DNA of 64,000 bases from Trypanosoma brucei (lineage: Eukaryota). Shown one piece after another: positions 1-10,879 of this stretch (its first letter is position 1; every line of letters begins with the position of its first letter). A program made the position numbers and the translations under genes. Where the stretch lies: positions 608,001 to 672,000 of the forward strand of contig CM000207.1 in the NCBI GenBank assembly GCA_000002445.1, written 5' to 3'. Below the pieces are notes generated by a model. It ran no database searches and was not told where the DNA came from. It saw only the letters and a program-made list of their open reading frames with translations.

Positions 1-2839
1 TCCCGCCCGCTGCCGCTCTTTGTGATCCCTGTAAATTCATCAAGTAGCCGCCTCTCATCCCAATAGAATACTTACTGGTACGGACGCCGCCGTTCCTACC
101 ACTCACAAAGAACTGGAACAGCATGTGTGTGACGTCGGCCAGCTCAGAATCATAAGCTGTTGATAATAGCGCCGCGCAGCCCACGCAACACTCGAGCATA
201 ATTGCCCTCGCGGAAGGACGGTCATCTTCGTTAGCCTCACGCAGACACAGCAGCCGCTCGAGGGTCGGACGAACCTGCACAGAAGCCTCATGGTAGAGCG
301 CCAACAGTAATGGGGTGCATTCAAACACAGAAAGGCAGAACCCCTCCTCCCCTTGTTCATCGTCTAAGAGACTGGTCACACCACCCATGAAGGCCGCGGC
401 GCTCTTTCCGCCTTCAGTGCTGGCATCACAATCGGCAAATTCATACAGTGGATCACATCCCGGGTACAACGCAGGGGTAAAGAGAGTTGCCGTCCGACCA
501 ATGCCCGGAACGGTTTCCACCAAATGCTTCTCTAATTTCATCACCAACTTAGTCAACTCGGCATCTGTACTTTCCCCGGCACACAAACGCTCCTTGGCGG
601 ACCCTCCATTGACACTCCTTTCCCGCACAAGCAGATCAATAGCATGTACGTACAACAATGTCGCATAGTAAAGCAGCAGACCCCATCCGATACGACAGGC
701 ATCTCCCATCTCGGGAACTTTCAGCTTCTTCTTCGACCCACCCAGAAATACCCCCCGTTGCTCATCAACCTGTTGCATGAGTGGAAGGAGGATCAACTGG
801 TAGAACCTCTCCTGTATCGCAACACAGCCTTGAGTGACAGTCATCGTCCAGAAGCAACGAAACAACCTCCGCAAAATGCCGATCGCGTCGTCCACAGGGT
901 TGCCGGAACCCTGTGTTTCATCTGAAAAAGACCTTGAAGGCGTTTCCCCGGCCCCCGCTCCACTTGACAGGATCACGCGTATAAGTTTGTTGGACGCAGC
1001 ACCGGCGACTTCCAGAAACATCATGGCAACTTCTGGTGACTGCTCGTACTGCGCTACGTGGCCAAGAAGGTCCAGAAGAGTGTTTCCCCTTTCATTACCT
1101 CGGCTACCGTCCAGTGTCGATAAGGATGACGTGGTTAACTGTCCGATAGACATCTCCCTCATGCGCTCCGCCGCAAATCGTCGCACCTCTGCAACCGGAT
1201 GCAGTAGACAAGCGAACAACGGCAGTTGTTCCGTTGACCCAGACGATCCACGGACTTCCAGCAGTTCGTACCGCGCACCACTGAGGTGCCGCGCAAGAAA
1301 CCTTGCGGCAGCATTCTGGGTAGTGACATCATTGAGCAACTGCGACAGCGTAGTATCAAAAACGTGGCAGAAGCGCCTCTCGAGAGCTTGTATCCACATG
1401 GTCACACACTTCCTCCCGGTCGAACTCTGCCCATGTTTACTACCCCCTCGGCCGCTTTGTAACTGCTTCACGCCCAAGTGGACCTCCTCTTCGTTCTCTC
1501 CGTTTTGGTGGTTCGCCATTGTCGCCGTCTCCTCAACGTTGCACGACACTAACGTCGCTATCGTCTCTGCCACAAGTGCATCGTTGAGAGGTAAAAACTC
1601 CACAGCACACTGCACAAACACCAGGACGTCAGACGAAACTGACTGCAGTGAATGGGTCGATTTAAGCCGGTAGAGACAGTCACGCAACAGCACGGAAACA
1701 AGGGTGTCGCATATCCGCGCCTCAGAAGAGTCGATAAACCGGACCCAATGTCCCCACGGAAACGAGAGCATGAACTTAAGTTGGGGCGAAAACGTGACGT
1801 CCAACACAGCCTCGCGCTGAGTATGGAAGAGTACATCAAGAACCGCTAACAGATCAACCACTGAAACGGTGAAAGAGGCGGAACCATCCACACCTGTAGT
1901 CAACAGATGGTAAATTGGTTTCACAACGGCTCTCAGGGTTGCGGATGACAACTTCACCTCATTACTCCACGCCACCAGCGCCACGAGCGCGCTGCACGCA
2001 GCCTCCCGACTGGGTGAAAATCTCGACACCCCGCTGCCATCTAAGTCCTCACCAATCCATGGACTCTCGTCACCTTCATTTACCTCCTGCAACTCAGAAT
2101 TAGACAGTTTCTCTGTTGATCTCCCAACGGTTATGAATTCCACAACAAATGGTAAAAGTACGCGCCATGTTGCCTCGGCGTTGGGGTAGGAAGCCAACTG
2201 AACCGCCACACCGGCGAAAAGCGCGTGTGCAGCGCTGTTGTGAACGCGCATTCGCACCGATATCGCAACGGTAAGACACACGAGTTGCAATACTTTTCTA
2301 CTCACAGCGCACGCCTGCACCAAGTGTTCCCGAAGCAGTGGGGATCCGGTCTCCTGATTTGCTGCAAGGAACTCAAGACCAGTATCTCGCAAATCCAGCA
2401 GCAGCAGCACACGAGAAAACAAACTGTGATCATGGTATGGCAAGAAGGCACGTAGCACCGCTGAAACGTTGTAAACGTGCACCTCATGCACACGTACGAG
2501 ATATTCGAAAACTTGATGCGCTGCAGTAAGAAAAATGTGGGGACTAAGCAGCGTAAGGAACTGTTCCACCGCCTCGTTCAGTTCCTGGTTGGCGTCCCTT
2601 CTAAGTTGCTTCCGCTCTGCACGAGTACCATGTGGGTCAAAGAGTCGGTTAACAAAGAAGTGGAAGCGATTGTCAACCGCAATCAGTGTTTGAAGACCGT
2701 GGACAGCAAGCTGATGTATCTGTTCACGCGAAAAGTTACGTGAATCACCATCGCTGAATAAGAACGACCCGGATAGACGTTTGTCGTCCACTGGTCGATG
2801 CTGCAACTTCTGTAGCTGCGAAGCGAGTTGAGACGACAT
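1..2839 (-). CDS. UTP10/HEATR1-like SSU-processome HEAT-repeat protein. Only the N-terminal ~946 aa lie in the window; the gene continues past position 1 and is absent from the ORF track because it has no in-window stop.
   Basis: I hand-translated the minus-strand frame from the ATG at 2839..2837 and found no stop codon down to position 1. An in-frame TAA lies just upstream at 2854..2852. The N-terminus (MSSQLASQLQKLQ ... LLSPHIFLTAAHQVFEYLVRVHEVHVYNVSAVLRAFLPYHDHSLFSRVLLLL) closely parallels the conserved BP28/HEATR1 N-terminal domain (MTSLAQQLQRL ... LSPYFLL.PAQKCLEWLIHRF.IH.YN ... LPYHET.IFVR). The rest is Leu-rich and helical, consistent with HEAT repeats. All plus-strand ORFs in this interval are short antisense fragments. 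Confidence 0.7.
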   Translation of the reverse strand, partial: MSSQLASQLQKLQHRPVDDKRLSGSFLFSDGDSRNFSREQIHQLAVHGLQTLIAVDNRFHFFVNRLFDPHGTRAERKQLRRDANQELNEAVEQFLTLLSPHIFLTAAHQVFEYLVRVHEVHVYNVSAVLRAFLPYHDHSLFSRVLLLLDLRDTGLEFLAANQETGSPLLREHLVQACAVSRKVLQLVCLTVAISVRMRVHNSAAHALFAGVAVQLASYPNAEATWRVLLPFVVEFITVGRSTEKLSNSELQEVNEGDESPWIGEDLDGSGVSRFSPSREAACSALVALVAWSNEVKLSSATLRAVVKPIYHLLTTGVDGSASFTVSVVDLLAVLDVLFHTQREAVLDVTFSPQLKFMLSFPWGHWVRFIDSSEARICDTLVSVLLRDCLYRLKSTHSLQSVSSDVLVFVQCAVEFLPLNDALVAETIATLVSCNVEETATMANHQNGENEEEVHLGVKQLQSGRGGSKHGQSSTGRKCVTMWIQALERRFCHVFDTTLSQLLNDVTTQNAAARFLARHLSGARYELLEVRGSSGSTEQLPLFACLLHPVAEVRRFAAERMREMSIGQLTTSSLSTLDGSRGNERGNTLLDLLGHVAQYEQSPEVAMMFLEVAGAASNKLIRVILSSGAGAGETPSRSFSDETQGSGNPVDDAIGILRRLFRCFWTMTVTQGCVAIQERFYQLILLPLMQQVDEQRGVFLGGSKKKLKVPEMGDACRIGWGLLLYYATLLYVHAIDLLVRERSVNGGSAKERLCAGESTDAELTKLVMKLEKHLVETVPGIGRTATLFTPALYPGCDPLYEFADCDASTEGGKSAAAFMGGVTSLLDDEQGEEGFCLSVFECTPLLLALYHEASVQVRPTLERLLCLREANEDDRPSARAIMLECCVGCAALLSTAYDSELADVTHMLFQFFVSGRNGGVRTSKYSIGMRGGYLMNLQGSQRAAAGG

Positions 2840-3723
2840 TTGCTCAAGCAGTTACTTAAGCCTTCCACCGCTTGCACCCTCCCCCTTGCAGGTGGTACTG
2901 CTTTCTTTCGCTTTACTGAGATGCTCCAGCAGAATAATTGAGCGAGTTTGTTACGACTCTGATCGAAAGGTAAAAAGAGTTCCTTATATTAAGCGCCAAC
3001 GCACACGAAATCCTTTCCTTCCGCTCTATTCCCACCAATGCTATATCCCTTCGCCTTAATAATGTTAGTACTCGTGACAGACTACTCTTTACTTGTCTCC
3101 TCGTGGGATCCTTATTGCCACGATTATTAGCTACACCGTTCGTAAAACTTCGCCCTGAAACCTTGTCACTGTCCCCAGAGCCCGCAAACAACGAAAAGTA
3201 AAAGTACGTATACGTGCCTATCGACGACAACCGAAAGAAAGCACCACAGAAACCACTCCGCGGCTGCTGTTGTCGTTTCGACTCTTCCCCTGCTTCCTCC
3301 ACCAGTTTTCACCTTCTTCCCTTTCCAATTTCCTACTACTTTTCTGCTTGGCAATCCACACGTCAGGTAGAAGCTGTAGTAGGGAGCCTGCAAACAGCGA
3401 GTGGCAGCTTCTTTATACACGCGGTCGTGTAAGACAGCTAAAACTGGTGTGAACAGTGTAGGGGGGGGGGAAAGCGACAAAAAAAAAATACAAGAAGTGG
3501 TTCGACCGTATTCGATCTAAGGTAAACAACGCGCAAAAAAAACCAAGCATATATGTTACAAGATGGGTGGAAAGGCACAAAGAAAACTAGTCAGCTCGGT
3601 CAGAAACATTACCCTGACCCAGTTAAGAGGTGGAAATGCCCATCAACGTGCGCATCAAACTGGTTCCCAGGAACGCGAAACGGTTAACACGCCGAGACAT
3701 GTCCTTTCATCGCCACGACCATA

Positions 3724-4266
3724 TTATCCCTTCCCACGTGCCCGCTTACGCGTGCGCTTCGTTGCCTCTGCCTCCTCCTGAGCGGCTTCAAGAGTTTTCA
3801 CCCGCTCAACAGTCCCTAGAGCCCCAACGGATGATGCGGTAAAGATTCGATCACTGGGCGTGAAGCGGTGCAACCGCTCGCGATAAGCGGCAACTCTGGC
3901 ATCGAGAGCCGTACCCAACGATGAGCTGCTGGCGGTAGTGCTAGCAGAAGTCGAGGTTGCAGTGGCAGTTGCAGTTGCGGTACACCACAGTTGCTGCCGC
4001 TCCAGGCCAAAACCATCAAAAAGGCAGCCCCCGAGCTCTACATAGTGCCGAAGATAGGTAGTCTCAAGGTCGTATACGCAAACATCCAGCCCCTCTAACT
4101 GCCTCTCTATAGCTTCACGACGAGCCTGCAGATACTGCAACTGCGACTGTGCCGTCGCGGTGCCGTTCTCCTGTGGCTCAGCAAGAGCGGAACTGGCTTT
4201 TACTTCCCTTTTGCTCCCTGGGGGCGCCGCTACCCCTCTACCCCGACCATGACCCCTACCGGACAT
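3724..4266 (-). CDS. Eaf6/MEAF6-like subunit of a NuA4/MYST histone acetyltransferase complex
   Basis: 180-aa ORF with a true ATG at 4266..4264. Central motif LEGLDVCVYDLETTYLRH..GGCLFDGF matches the Eaf6 coiled-coil core (IY.lE..YLe...GNiikGFd). C-terminal DRIFTASSV resembles Eaf6 DRLFS.SSV. Contains a TATATATAT/STS low-complexity insert encoded by a GCAACT hexamer repeat near 3955-3975. Confidence 0.55.
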   Translation of the reverse strand: MSGRGHGRGRGVAAPPGSKREVKASSALAEPQENGTATAQSQLQYLQARREAIERQLEGLDVCVYDLETTYLRHYVELGGCLFDGFGLERQQLWCTATATATATSTSASTTASSSSLGTALDARVAAYRERLHRFTPSDRIFTASSVGALGTVERVKTLEAAQEEAEATKRTRKRARGKG

Positions 4267-5921
4267 GCAACCAGCTCGCGCCTCTAAAGTGCGTGTGAGT
4301 TCTTACAGTCTATTACCCACTGTGGCAACGCTCAGCGTTCACCAGAGGCAATCTGAACTACCTTACGACGGCAGCAACCAAGGAAAAGGCAAAAAAGAGA
4401 GAACACAAAAAAACGATCAAAAGAAAACACAGGTACCGGACAACTGTAAGTAGCACGAAACTAAAGTATTATTTGAGTCCCTCACATACAGACCGCAAGG
4501 TAAGCAGCGCCAACACGCACAAAAGGAGGCAACAAACTGCAAAAAGCGGAGAAGGAACTCAAAGAAAAGAAAAGGGGGGAAACGTCCTTAAGCCCGTTAA
4601 TTTTACATTGTGGTCGGAGAACTGAGAAGGTGCCTCCCACCGCCAGCGGCTTCGATGTAGAACACACAGAGAGGCAGGGGAACAATGAACTTATGAAGGG
4701 GTAAGATTCTGAGAAGATTGCGAAGAAAGAGACAAAGAAAAGAGAGAAAACGCAAAAACAAAGCAGAGGGACGTCGAAATCATCCTGTCTCACGCTGCTT
4801 TTTCCGTTTATTTTCTCTCGTTGGTATCTACTTTTTTTTTTCGTCGTCCACTTCCACCCATCTACTATCAGTAACCCTTTCATTGTCCGTGCTTAATTCC
4901 CCTCCTCCCGCATCCAAAGCGCGAACTGCTCACTCGCTGAAAAATACACGACACCCTCATGCGTCCTTAAAGAAACGGCTGCAACGTTCTGAAGCCAACA
5001 TAAATGTACACAGGAGAACTGCAGCTGAGCAAGATACAAAACGACGGGGGAAGAAAATATTATAAACGCGCCTGGAACAAACAGCGTACAACGTTTTCCT
5101 GTACTTGTATGTGCACAAATGCACAAAGACAGAGAGGTAGACGCACATCTACTCAAGAAACAGATTGACAGTACAGTGGTGGGGTAGCGTTTGAAGCCCA
5201 TATGAGCCACCAAACGCAAATGCGGAAACCGAAAAAGAAAACAGCGATGTAATGGAATGCAGCGCAATACGAATGATGATAATTGGGACAATAAAGTACA
5301 CAATAAAACAATCGTCATACGATGTAAAAGCTCCTAACAACTACCACTATTGCCCGGAGAATTAAACAAGGGGAAAGAAAGTTGCGATGAAAAGCACTGG
5401 TTTAACGAAAGTCTCCCTTAAAATGTTGCGCTGCCACTTTGGAGGAGTCCGCTGTCTCACGAGTATCTCCCAGTACCTTTCCATTGGTTGTACTACCTAG
5501 CCCACTGCTACTTCCAGCCATTGCCTTCCACCCCTTCTCATGTATTGCTATCTAACCCTTGTACACAGAGTTCCACCTCATACCTCCACCACTACCCGCT
5601 TATTTCTCATCCTCTTTACAAACCATCCTCCTCGGCCGCACGAGTCCTTGAACTGCGCCCATCCACCAACGGCGAGGTGGAGCAGCCACAATAGACGCAA
5701 TACCCGACATGGAGACGCCAATCCCAACGCCAGTGATCCACTCACGCCCGCTCACTCACCTCAATTATGAACGACAGGTTCTTACCACTGTATGAGTGTA
5801 CGTATCCGCATACGTCCTTACGTCGTTCGAACCCAGTACAGACAGGGCCCCAGGTTCCCCCTTCCTCTTTTCTGCTGAAGTCAGCTATGCAAAGCCACAT
5901 CCCAAGTCCAACTCCCAATAC

Positions 5922-7409
5922 TCAACGATGTTGGGGAATGAGGTCATAAAGCTGCATTAAGTTGGGGAAGCCATGTTCCCAGAGGGCAGACTGAAACTGG
6001 CGGCTCGTGCGTGTATCGTAGCTGAGCCTTGTTATGATTACCAATAACGAATTGGGGGCACTAAACGACGTCGTGATAGCCTCACGCGGTATGCCCAAAG
6101 AAGAACAGAGGTCTAGCACAACGGCACCCGTCAATCTGCCAAAGTCTTTCTGAATCAAATCACTCCATTCCTCATCAGGGGAAGTCAGACGCAGTCGTGT
6201 GACCCGGGGAACGCACTTGTCCGGCTCAACCTTCATCGGACTGTCAACATGAAGAGAAAACAAATTCATACGTTCTATAAGAGACAGCTGAACCGATGAC
6301 GAAGGCTCATCCGAACAATTTCCGTTATTCTGCGCCGGCTCCACACGTTCGGAGGACATTTGTAATGAAGCCTGATCAGTCGATTGCGGTAATTCTTCCA
6401 CTTGGGTTTGCTTGCAGTTAGACAGTGAATACCTTGACATTCTGTACATCGCCGTGCTCTCAGTTGCACGCAGGATGAGTCGTGTAGTAGCCTCATCGGA
6501 ACTTATCTTCCCGCGGCTTATCTCCTCCTCTACGCTAAGATCACGGCAAACGGCCTCATCAAGTCTCAGCTCCTCTTCAGGTGCTGGTACGTGGCCCTTA
6601 ACCTGTGGAGCCCTGAACAACAGCGAAGCCAATGCGTTTGGAGAACTCAACACAGTCCCGTAACCGCCAGTTCGCTTTACAACACCATCCACCTTCAAGA
6701 GGGTCTTAGTCCCCTCCACTGCAAGTGCTTCCGATGGTGCCGCAAGCTCTAACGGCACATCTGCCATCTGGCCCGTCTCATCTTTTTTCACTTCAACAAT
6801 TACATGAAAGCAGTCGGCGTGGAATTGCACCGTCTGTGGCGTCAGCAACGCAAAAGAATCAAAATCCTTATCCAAGTATGTAACGTACAGCACCTGAAAC
6901 TTAAGAAGTGCAGCCTTATCATGAATTATACCCATGACGTCGTCAAAATTCGCTCCCTCCTCTTCACATGGTGCTGGTACTTTCAACTCGCCCAGTTTGG
7001 CACCGGACTCCGTTGCAAAGCACAAGGTCCAATAGCCGGAGTCGTTGATGCAACAATCAGCCAAACAACGATCGTCTGAGGCTGCCACCGGCTGGCGGAA
7101 TCCGTACTCGACAGCCACTTCGCTGAGTTGTATATTTGGAAGTGCCGACGATGCCTTGCAACCCTTCACTTCAAACGGCATAAGACTCTCAATTGACCTT
7201 GCCGTGTCCATTAGCCCTGGGTTTGGTATGTGTTCCTGATGTGCTCTTAAGCAAACACCATCCGGATATGGCGAGAGCGTCTCCGCAGTTGGTAAAAAAC
7301 GGCCGGGCGTCGTCCCGCTGCGAACCGTCAAGTGGGATCCCGATTCCTTCGGGGGAAGGGTATCCACATAGCGCTCAAAGAAGCCACCACGGGGCGATTT
7401 GTCGATCAT
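5922..7409 (-). CDS. hypothetical protein (496 aa from the first ATG)
   Basis: The 538-aa track ORF begins with TTG. The first in-frame ATG is at 7409..7407 (MIDKSPRGGFFERYV...). Long uninterrupted ORF in the sense orientation of the minus-strand cluster. No recognisable domain. Confidence 0.5.
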   Translation of the reverse strand: MIDKSPRGGFFERYVDTLPPKESGSHLTVRSGTTPGRFLPTAETLSPYPDGVCLRAHQEHIPNPGLMDTARSIESLMPFEVKGCKASSALPNIQLSEVAVEYGFRQPVAASDDRCLADCCINDSGYWTLCFATESGAKLGELKVPAPCEEEGANFDDVMGIIHDKAALLKFQVLYVTYLDKDFDSFALLTPQTVQFHADCFHVIVEVKKDETGQMADVPLELAAPSEALAVEGTKTLLKVDGVVKRTGGYGTVLSSPNALASLLFRAPQVKGHVPAPEEELRLDEAVCRDLSVEEEISRGKISSDEATTRLILRATESTAMYRMSRYSLSNCKQTQVEELPQSTDQASLQMSSERVEPAQNNGNCSDEPSSSVQLSLIERMNLFSLHVDSPMKVEPDKCVPRVTRLRLTSPDEEWSDLIQKDFGRLTGAVVLDLCSSLGIPREAITTSFSAPNSLLVIITRLSYDTRTSRQFQSALWEHGFPNLMQLYDLIPQHR

Positions 7410-7630
7410 AGGAAGGCTTTCAACAAAATTTTCTAAATAACGGTACAAAAAGACGGCCGCACCCAACCGCAAATACACAAAGATGTGTGTAGCTCTATGG
7501 ATGGGTGGGTCCCCGTCAAAAATAAGATATATGAGCAATACCCTTTCAGTCGGACACCTTCTAACAAAAAGGTGAAGAAAAATTTAAAAATATACAGACG
7601 CAGATCGAAATAACAAATCAATAAAACAGA

Positions 7631-8612
7631 GAAGGCAACTATATCAGCACGTTTCCCGTTAAATCTGCTATCAGTACACCCCAACAAGAGGGCACCGTGC
7701 CATTACATTCCATTGCACGAAAGTGCTGAAAAAAGGTACACTCAGTTCGCGGGATCATCACGAAGCAGACGAACACATGCTTCTCCGGAGCCACCAGAAG
7801 GCATCATGCGGCACGAAGTGAAGCTCACTGACCTCGGATTGCCCCGTGTTGTGCCTTGAATGCATGGAGGGGAGAGAGTAGGTTCAAATCAAGAAAGCAC
7901 AGAGGGTGAAGAAAGGATTAGATTAAAACTAAGGCAGACACTCCTGGGGAAGGTACAAAATAACGCATCTCGCACAGTGTCGGCACTAGAGCAGCAGCGG
8001 TACGCCATAACTAGCTTCATTTTCTGTGCTGTACAACACTCACACTCTCACACGCCTCAGGAACCCAAGTGGAAGCAGTCATACCCGTTGGGAGCTAATA
8101 GCGCGTTCTCAGTGTACGGAGAAGTTGATATCACTGTAGTGAAGGCAACTATATCAGCACGTTTCCCGTTAAATCTGCTATCAGTACACCCCAACAAGAG
8201 GGCACCGTGCCATTACATTCCATTGCACGAAAGTGCTGAAAAAAGGTACACTCAGTTCGCGGGATCATCACGAAGCAGACCAACACATGCTTCTCCGGAG
8301 CCACCAGAAGGCATCATGCGGCACGAAGTGAAGCTCACTGACCTCGGATTGCCCCGTGTTGTGCCTTGAATGCATGGAGGGGAGAGAGTAGGTTCAAATC
8401 AAGAAAGCACAGAGGGTGAAGAAAGGATTAGATTAAAACTAAGGCAGACACTCCTGGGGAAGGTACAAAATAACGCATCTCGCACAGTGTCGGCACTAGA
8501 GCAGCAGCGGTACGCCATAACTAGCTTCATTTTCTGTGCTGTACAACACTCACACTCTCACACGCCTCAGGAACCCAAGTGGAAGCAGTCATGCCCGTTG
8601 GGAACTAACCAT
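7631..8612. repeat. Tandem direct duplication of a 510-bp unit, about 1.9 copies. Copy 1 is 7631-8140; copy 2 is 8141 to about 8612 and diverges at its 3' end.
   Basis: The string gaaggcaactatatcagcacgtttcccgttaaatctgc... recurs at 7631 and 8141 with near-identity over about 470 bp; one difference is g/c at 7761 versus 8271. Track ORFs 7860..8369 and 8370..8624 have identical 74-aa N-termini. The first ORF is exactly one unit long (510 nt), with its stop overlapping the next ATG (tgaatg). Confidence 0.9.
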
Positions 8613-9242
8613 ATTGTTCTCTAAACCACGAAATATCAAAAAAGGGGGGAAAAGTGATTACCGTGCTTGGGTATCCCTCAATGAATCTTAGCTCAGCAGT
8701 AAACAATGTAAAAGAAATATAATTGTTACTTTACGATTCCATACCTCTTCCTCGGGTGTCAGGGTTAGTAAAGGGACGGACAAAATGCGACACCGTACAT
8801 TCCGTAAGTTTTTATTTTTCAACCGTATCTTCTCTTTTCTTCTCCTCGTTTCCAACTGCTTTCCCTCTATTCTACCTTCCGCGGTCGAGTGGGGCACCGC
8901 ACAAAACAGTGTGGACCATATCCTTCCCTACAGTAGGAAACGGGCATGGCATAGTGGCCCCCTTCACTACAACGCTGGCACAAAAGGAAAAGCATGAGAC
9001 GTTGTCGATCGGGAGGTGAAAACGCCGATAATTATACAGCTTCACATGCAAAATTCAACGCCAAACACCATCTGTCTGGTGTTCAACCACATCAATTAGA
9101 GTGTGCGTGTGGAGGCGCTCACAAAAAATACATTCATGCTTCCCTGGTACATGGAGTTTGGCATCTCACACTCAACAATCAAACCCCACATGCTCATCTT
9201 GTCACTTTCTATCCTCTAAAAGGCAGATGTTTCTTGCATCGC

Positions 9243-9488
9243 TTAGGCAGTTGCGGTTAACCGCGAGCGGTAGTTTCGGAAAGCGCGTTGAATGACTCGG
9301 GCAGACTTTTCATGAGTGGCAGCCGTCGCCTTCGCGCACCGCGCAGTCGCCCATTGTCGTAGGAACTCGTAAACATCATTAGGCTTCTCGCGGACAGCAT
9401 CGGCAACGAAATCCTCAAGGAGGGGGCCTACACCAATGCGCTCGAGATAGTCGCGCTGTCCCTCGCTGTATTCAAGGCCAAAACTCAT
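9243..9488 (-). CDS. small RIIa-like dimerisation/docking domain plus IQ-motif protein (~81 aa)
   Basis: C-terminal part of track ORF 9243..9836. From the internal Met, MSFGLEYSEGQRDYLERIGVGPLLEDFVADAVREKPNDVYEFLRQWA fits an RIIa/DPY-30-type helix-turn-helix docking motif. It is followed by an IQ motif (VIQRAFRNYRSR). The upstream part of the track ORF is Cys/Phe-rich, low-complexity, and begins with a non-ATG codon. The start coordinate is approximate, within a few nt. Confidence 0.4.
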   Translation of the reverse strand: MSFGLEYSEGQRDYLERIGVGPLLEDFVADAVREKPNDVYEFLRQWATARCAKATAATHEKSARVIQRAFRNYRSRLTATA

Positions 9489-10222
9489 GATGCCCGGTAT
9501 GCACTCACAAACCTTACCTTTCCCCCTCACCCTTCTCAGCACTCTAAACGTATCCAGATGAATCCAGCAGAAGGGTGACAATGAGAAGAGGAAGCAGCAC
9601 TGGCACTGAGAAAAAATACAGTCAGCACATGTCCGCCAACGACTGGCCTTACATGCGGATTCACACACACAACACACGCTCTTATCCTTGTCGACGTTAA
9701 CCAATAAATAGCAAAAAAAAGGTAACCAAACGAAACGTACTGAGGTACGACTTTGGTGTCCAGTGAGTTTTGCTACAACTATGGTTGAAAAAAAAAAAAC
9801 AGTACGTAACTCCAAAACATGAAAACACACACACACACGTTCGCAGCGGCCAAACCAACAAAAAATCGCGCAGAGATCTGAAACATATCATCCAAGGCAA
9901 CACACGGACAGTGAACTAAAATAAAAAAGTATTATAAGATAATTCGGCAGCCAGGAAAGCATGTGCCTTACACCCACACGACAACAGAGCTCTGTGGGTT
10001 GGAAACCCCTGTACGACTGTGTACACAGACCCCATGCCCCACCACCGCATACCCAAATCCCCCTAATATCTGTTCCCATTTGTTATTCCAAACCCGCCTT
10101 CCGAGGTAGTGCACTAACTTACTCGAGGCATAGTGTGAAGACCGGTGTTGCTCAGGGGTTGGTGGGGCTGGGGAGAAAACCCATGTTCCCGTCGGCCCAG
10201 GCAGAGGAAGAAGAGCATAAAG

Positions 10223-10879
10223 CTAATTCTCCCACGAAATTCTACTTCCCAGACTTGAGGGGCACGACCGGCACCGAGGTAAGGTAGCAAAAGACTCCTC
10301 GTAAGGCATTGGCGACAGAAATACATTTGATTCCCGCCGCCGCCGGCGCCAGTGCGGCTGTAAACTTCGGGGGTACTGTTGGTGGGAGTCACCCGTCTGC
10401 TTTTCCTCAACTTCTGTATTGTCAGCGAACCCCTCGGCAAGGGGGCACTCATTAAGCAACCGCCAGTACGGCGAGTCCTGAGTAATGCAACGCTGCTCCC
10501 GTATGCATATCCGCCGTCCAGCTGCCTTTGTGAAGGCTGTGGGAACCCAAATTGTGATAGCTGGTATATCATGATTATCACCACTCTCCACGTCGATGTT
10601 GATCTCGTTCTCAGCGGCGGCATAAAATGCAGTAACGCCCTCTGTAGCGCAGCTTCCGGGCGACTGCATCTTTCCAAAGAACTCCCCATCACAGGATCCA
10701 CATAGAGAAGGCGACTTTTTGTGAACAGGGGACAAGAAGTCAGCAGCAAAGGCGGCGTCTGCATCACCGCGGTCCACAGTAAATCCGTCTGCAGCCGCCG
10801 ACTGTACGGCAACCTCTCGTTCCCGGGAGTATTCACCACCACCTGCGTCCAGTTGGACATTCTCTTTCGCTTCCTCCAT
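10223..10879 (-). CDS. hypothetical acidic protein (218 aa from the first ATG)
   Basis: Track ORF 10223..11068 starts with TTG. The first ATG is at 10879..10877 (MEEAKENVQLDAGGG...). It is in sense orientation of the minus-strand cluster. The competing 306-aa ORF in another frame (10114..11034) is Arg/Ser/Pro-rich and looks like an artefact. No domain recognised. Confidence 0.3.
   Translation of the reverse strand: MEEAKENVQLDAGGGEYSREREVAVQSAAADGFTVDRGDADAAFAADFLSPVHKKSPSLCGSCDGEFFGKMQSPGSCATEGVTAFYAAAENEINIDVESGDNHDIPAITIWVPTAFTKAAGRRICIREQRCITQDSPYWRLLNECPLAEGFADNTEVEEKQTGDSHQQYPRSLQPHWRRRRRESNVFLSPMPYEESFATLPRCRSCPSSLGSRISWEN

Noticed and set aside
315-2743. A series of plus-strand ORFs (315..668, 644..925, 834..1673, 1652..1849, 1915..2103, 2225..2455, 2338..2529, 2477..2743) that could be read as a frameshifted or decayed plus-strand gene
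   Set aside because: They are antisense to a single uninterrupted minus-strand ORF (1..2839) with strong UTP10/HEATR1 N-terminal similarity. Their products are low-complexity.
3955-3975. GCAACT hexamer micro-repeat
   Set aside because: Lies within the Eaf6-like CDS and simply encodes a TATATAT low-complexity insert. It is not an independent element.
7872-7895. tRNA T-loop-like string ggttcaaatc, also repeated at about 8382
   Set aside because: Flanking bases do not form a T-stem or acceptor stem and there is no A-box upstream. It lies inside the tandem repeat.
7860-8624. Track ORFs 7860..8369 and 8370..8624 with identical N-termini
   Set aside because: They are generated by the 510-bp tandem repeat and run antisense to the minus-strand cluster. 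There are no protein-family features. They are treated as repeat-encoded non-genes.
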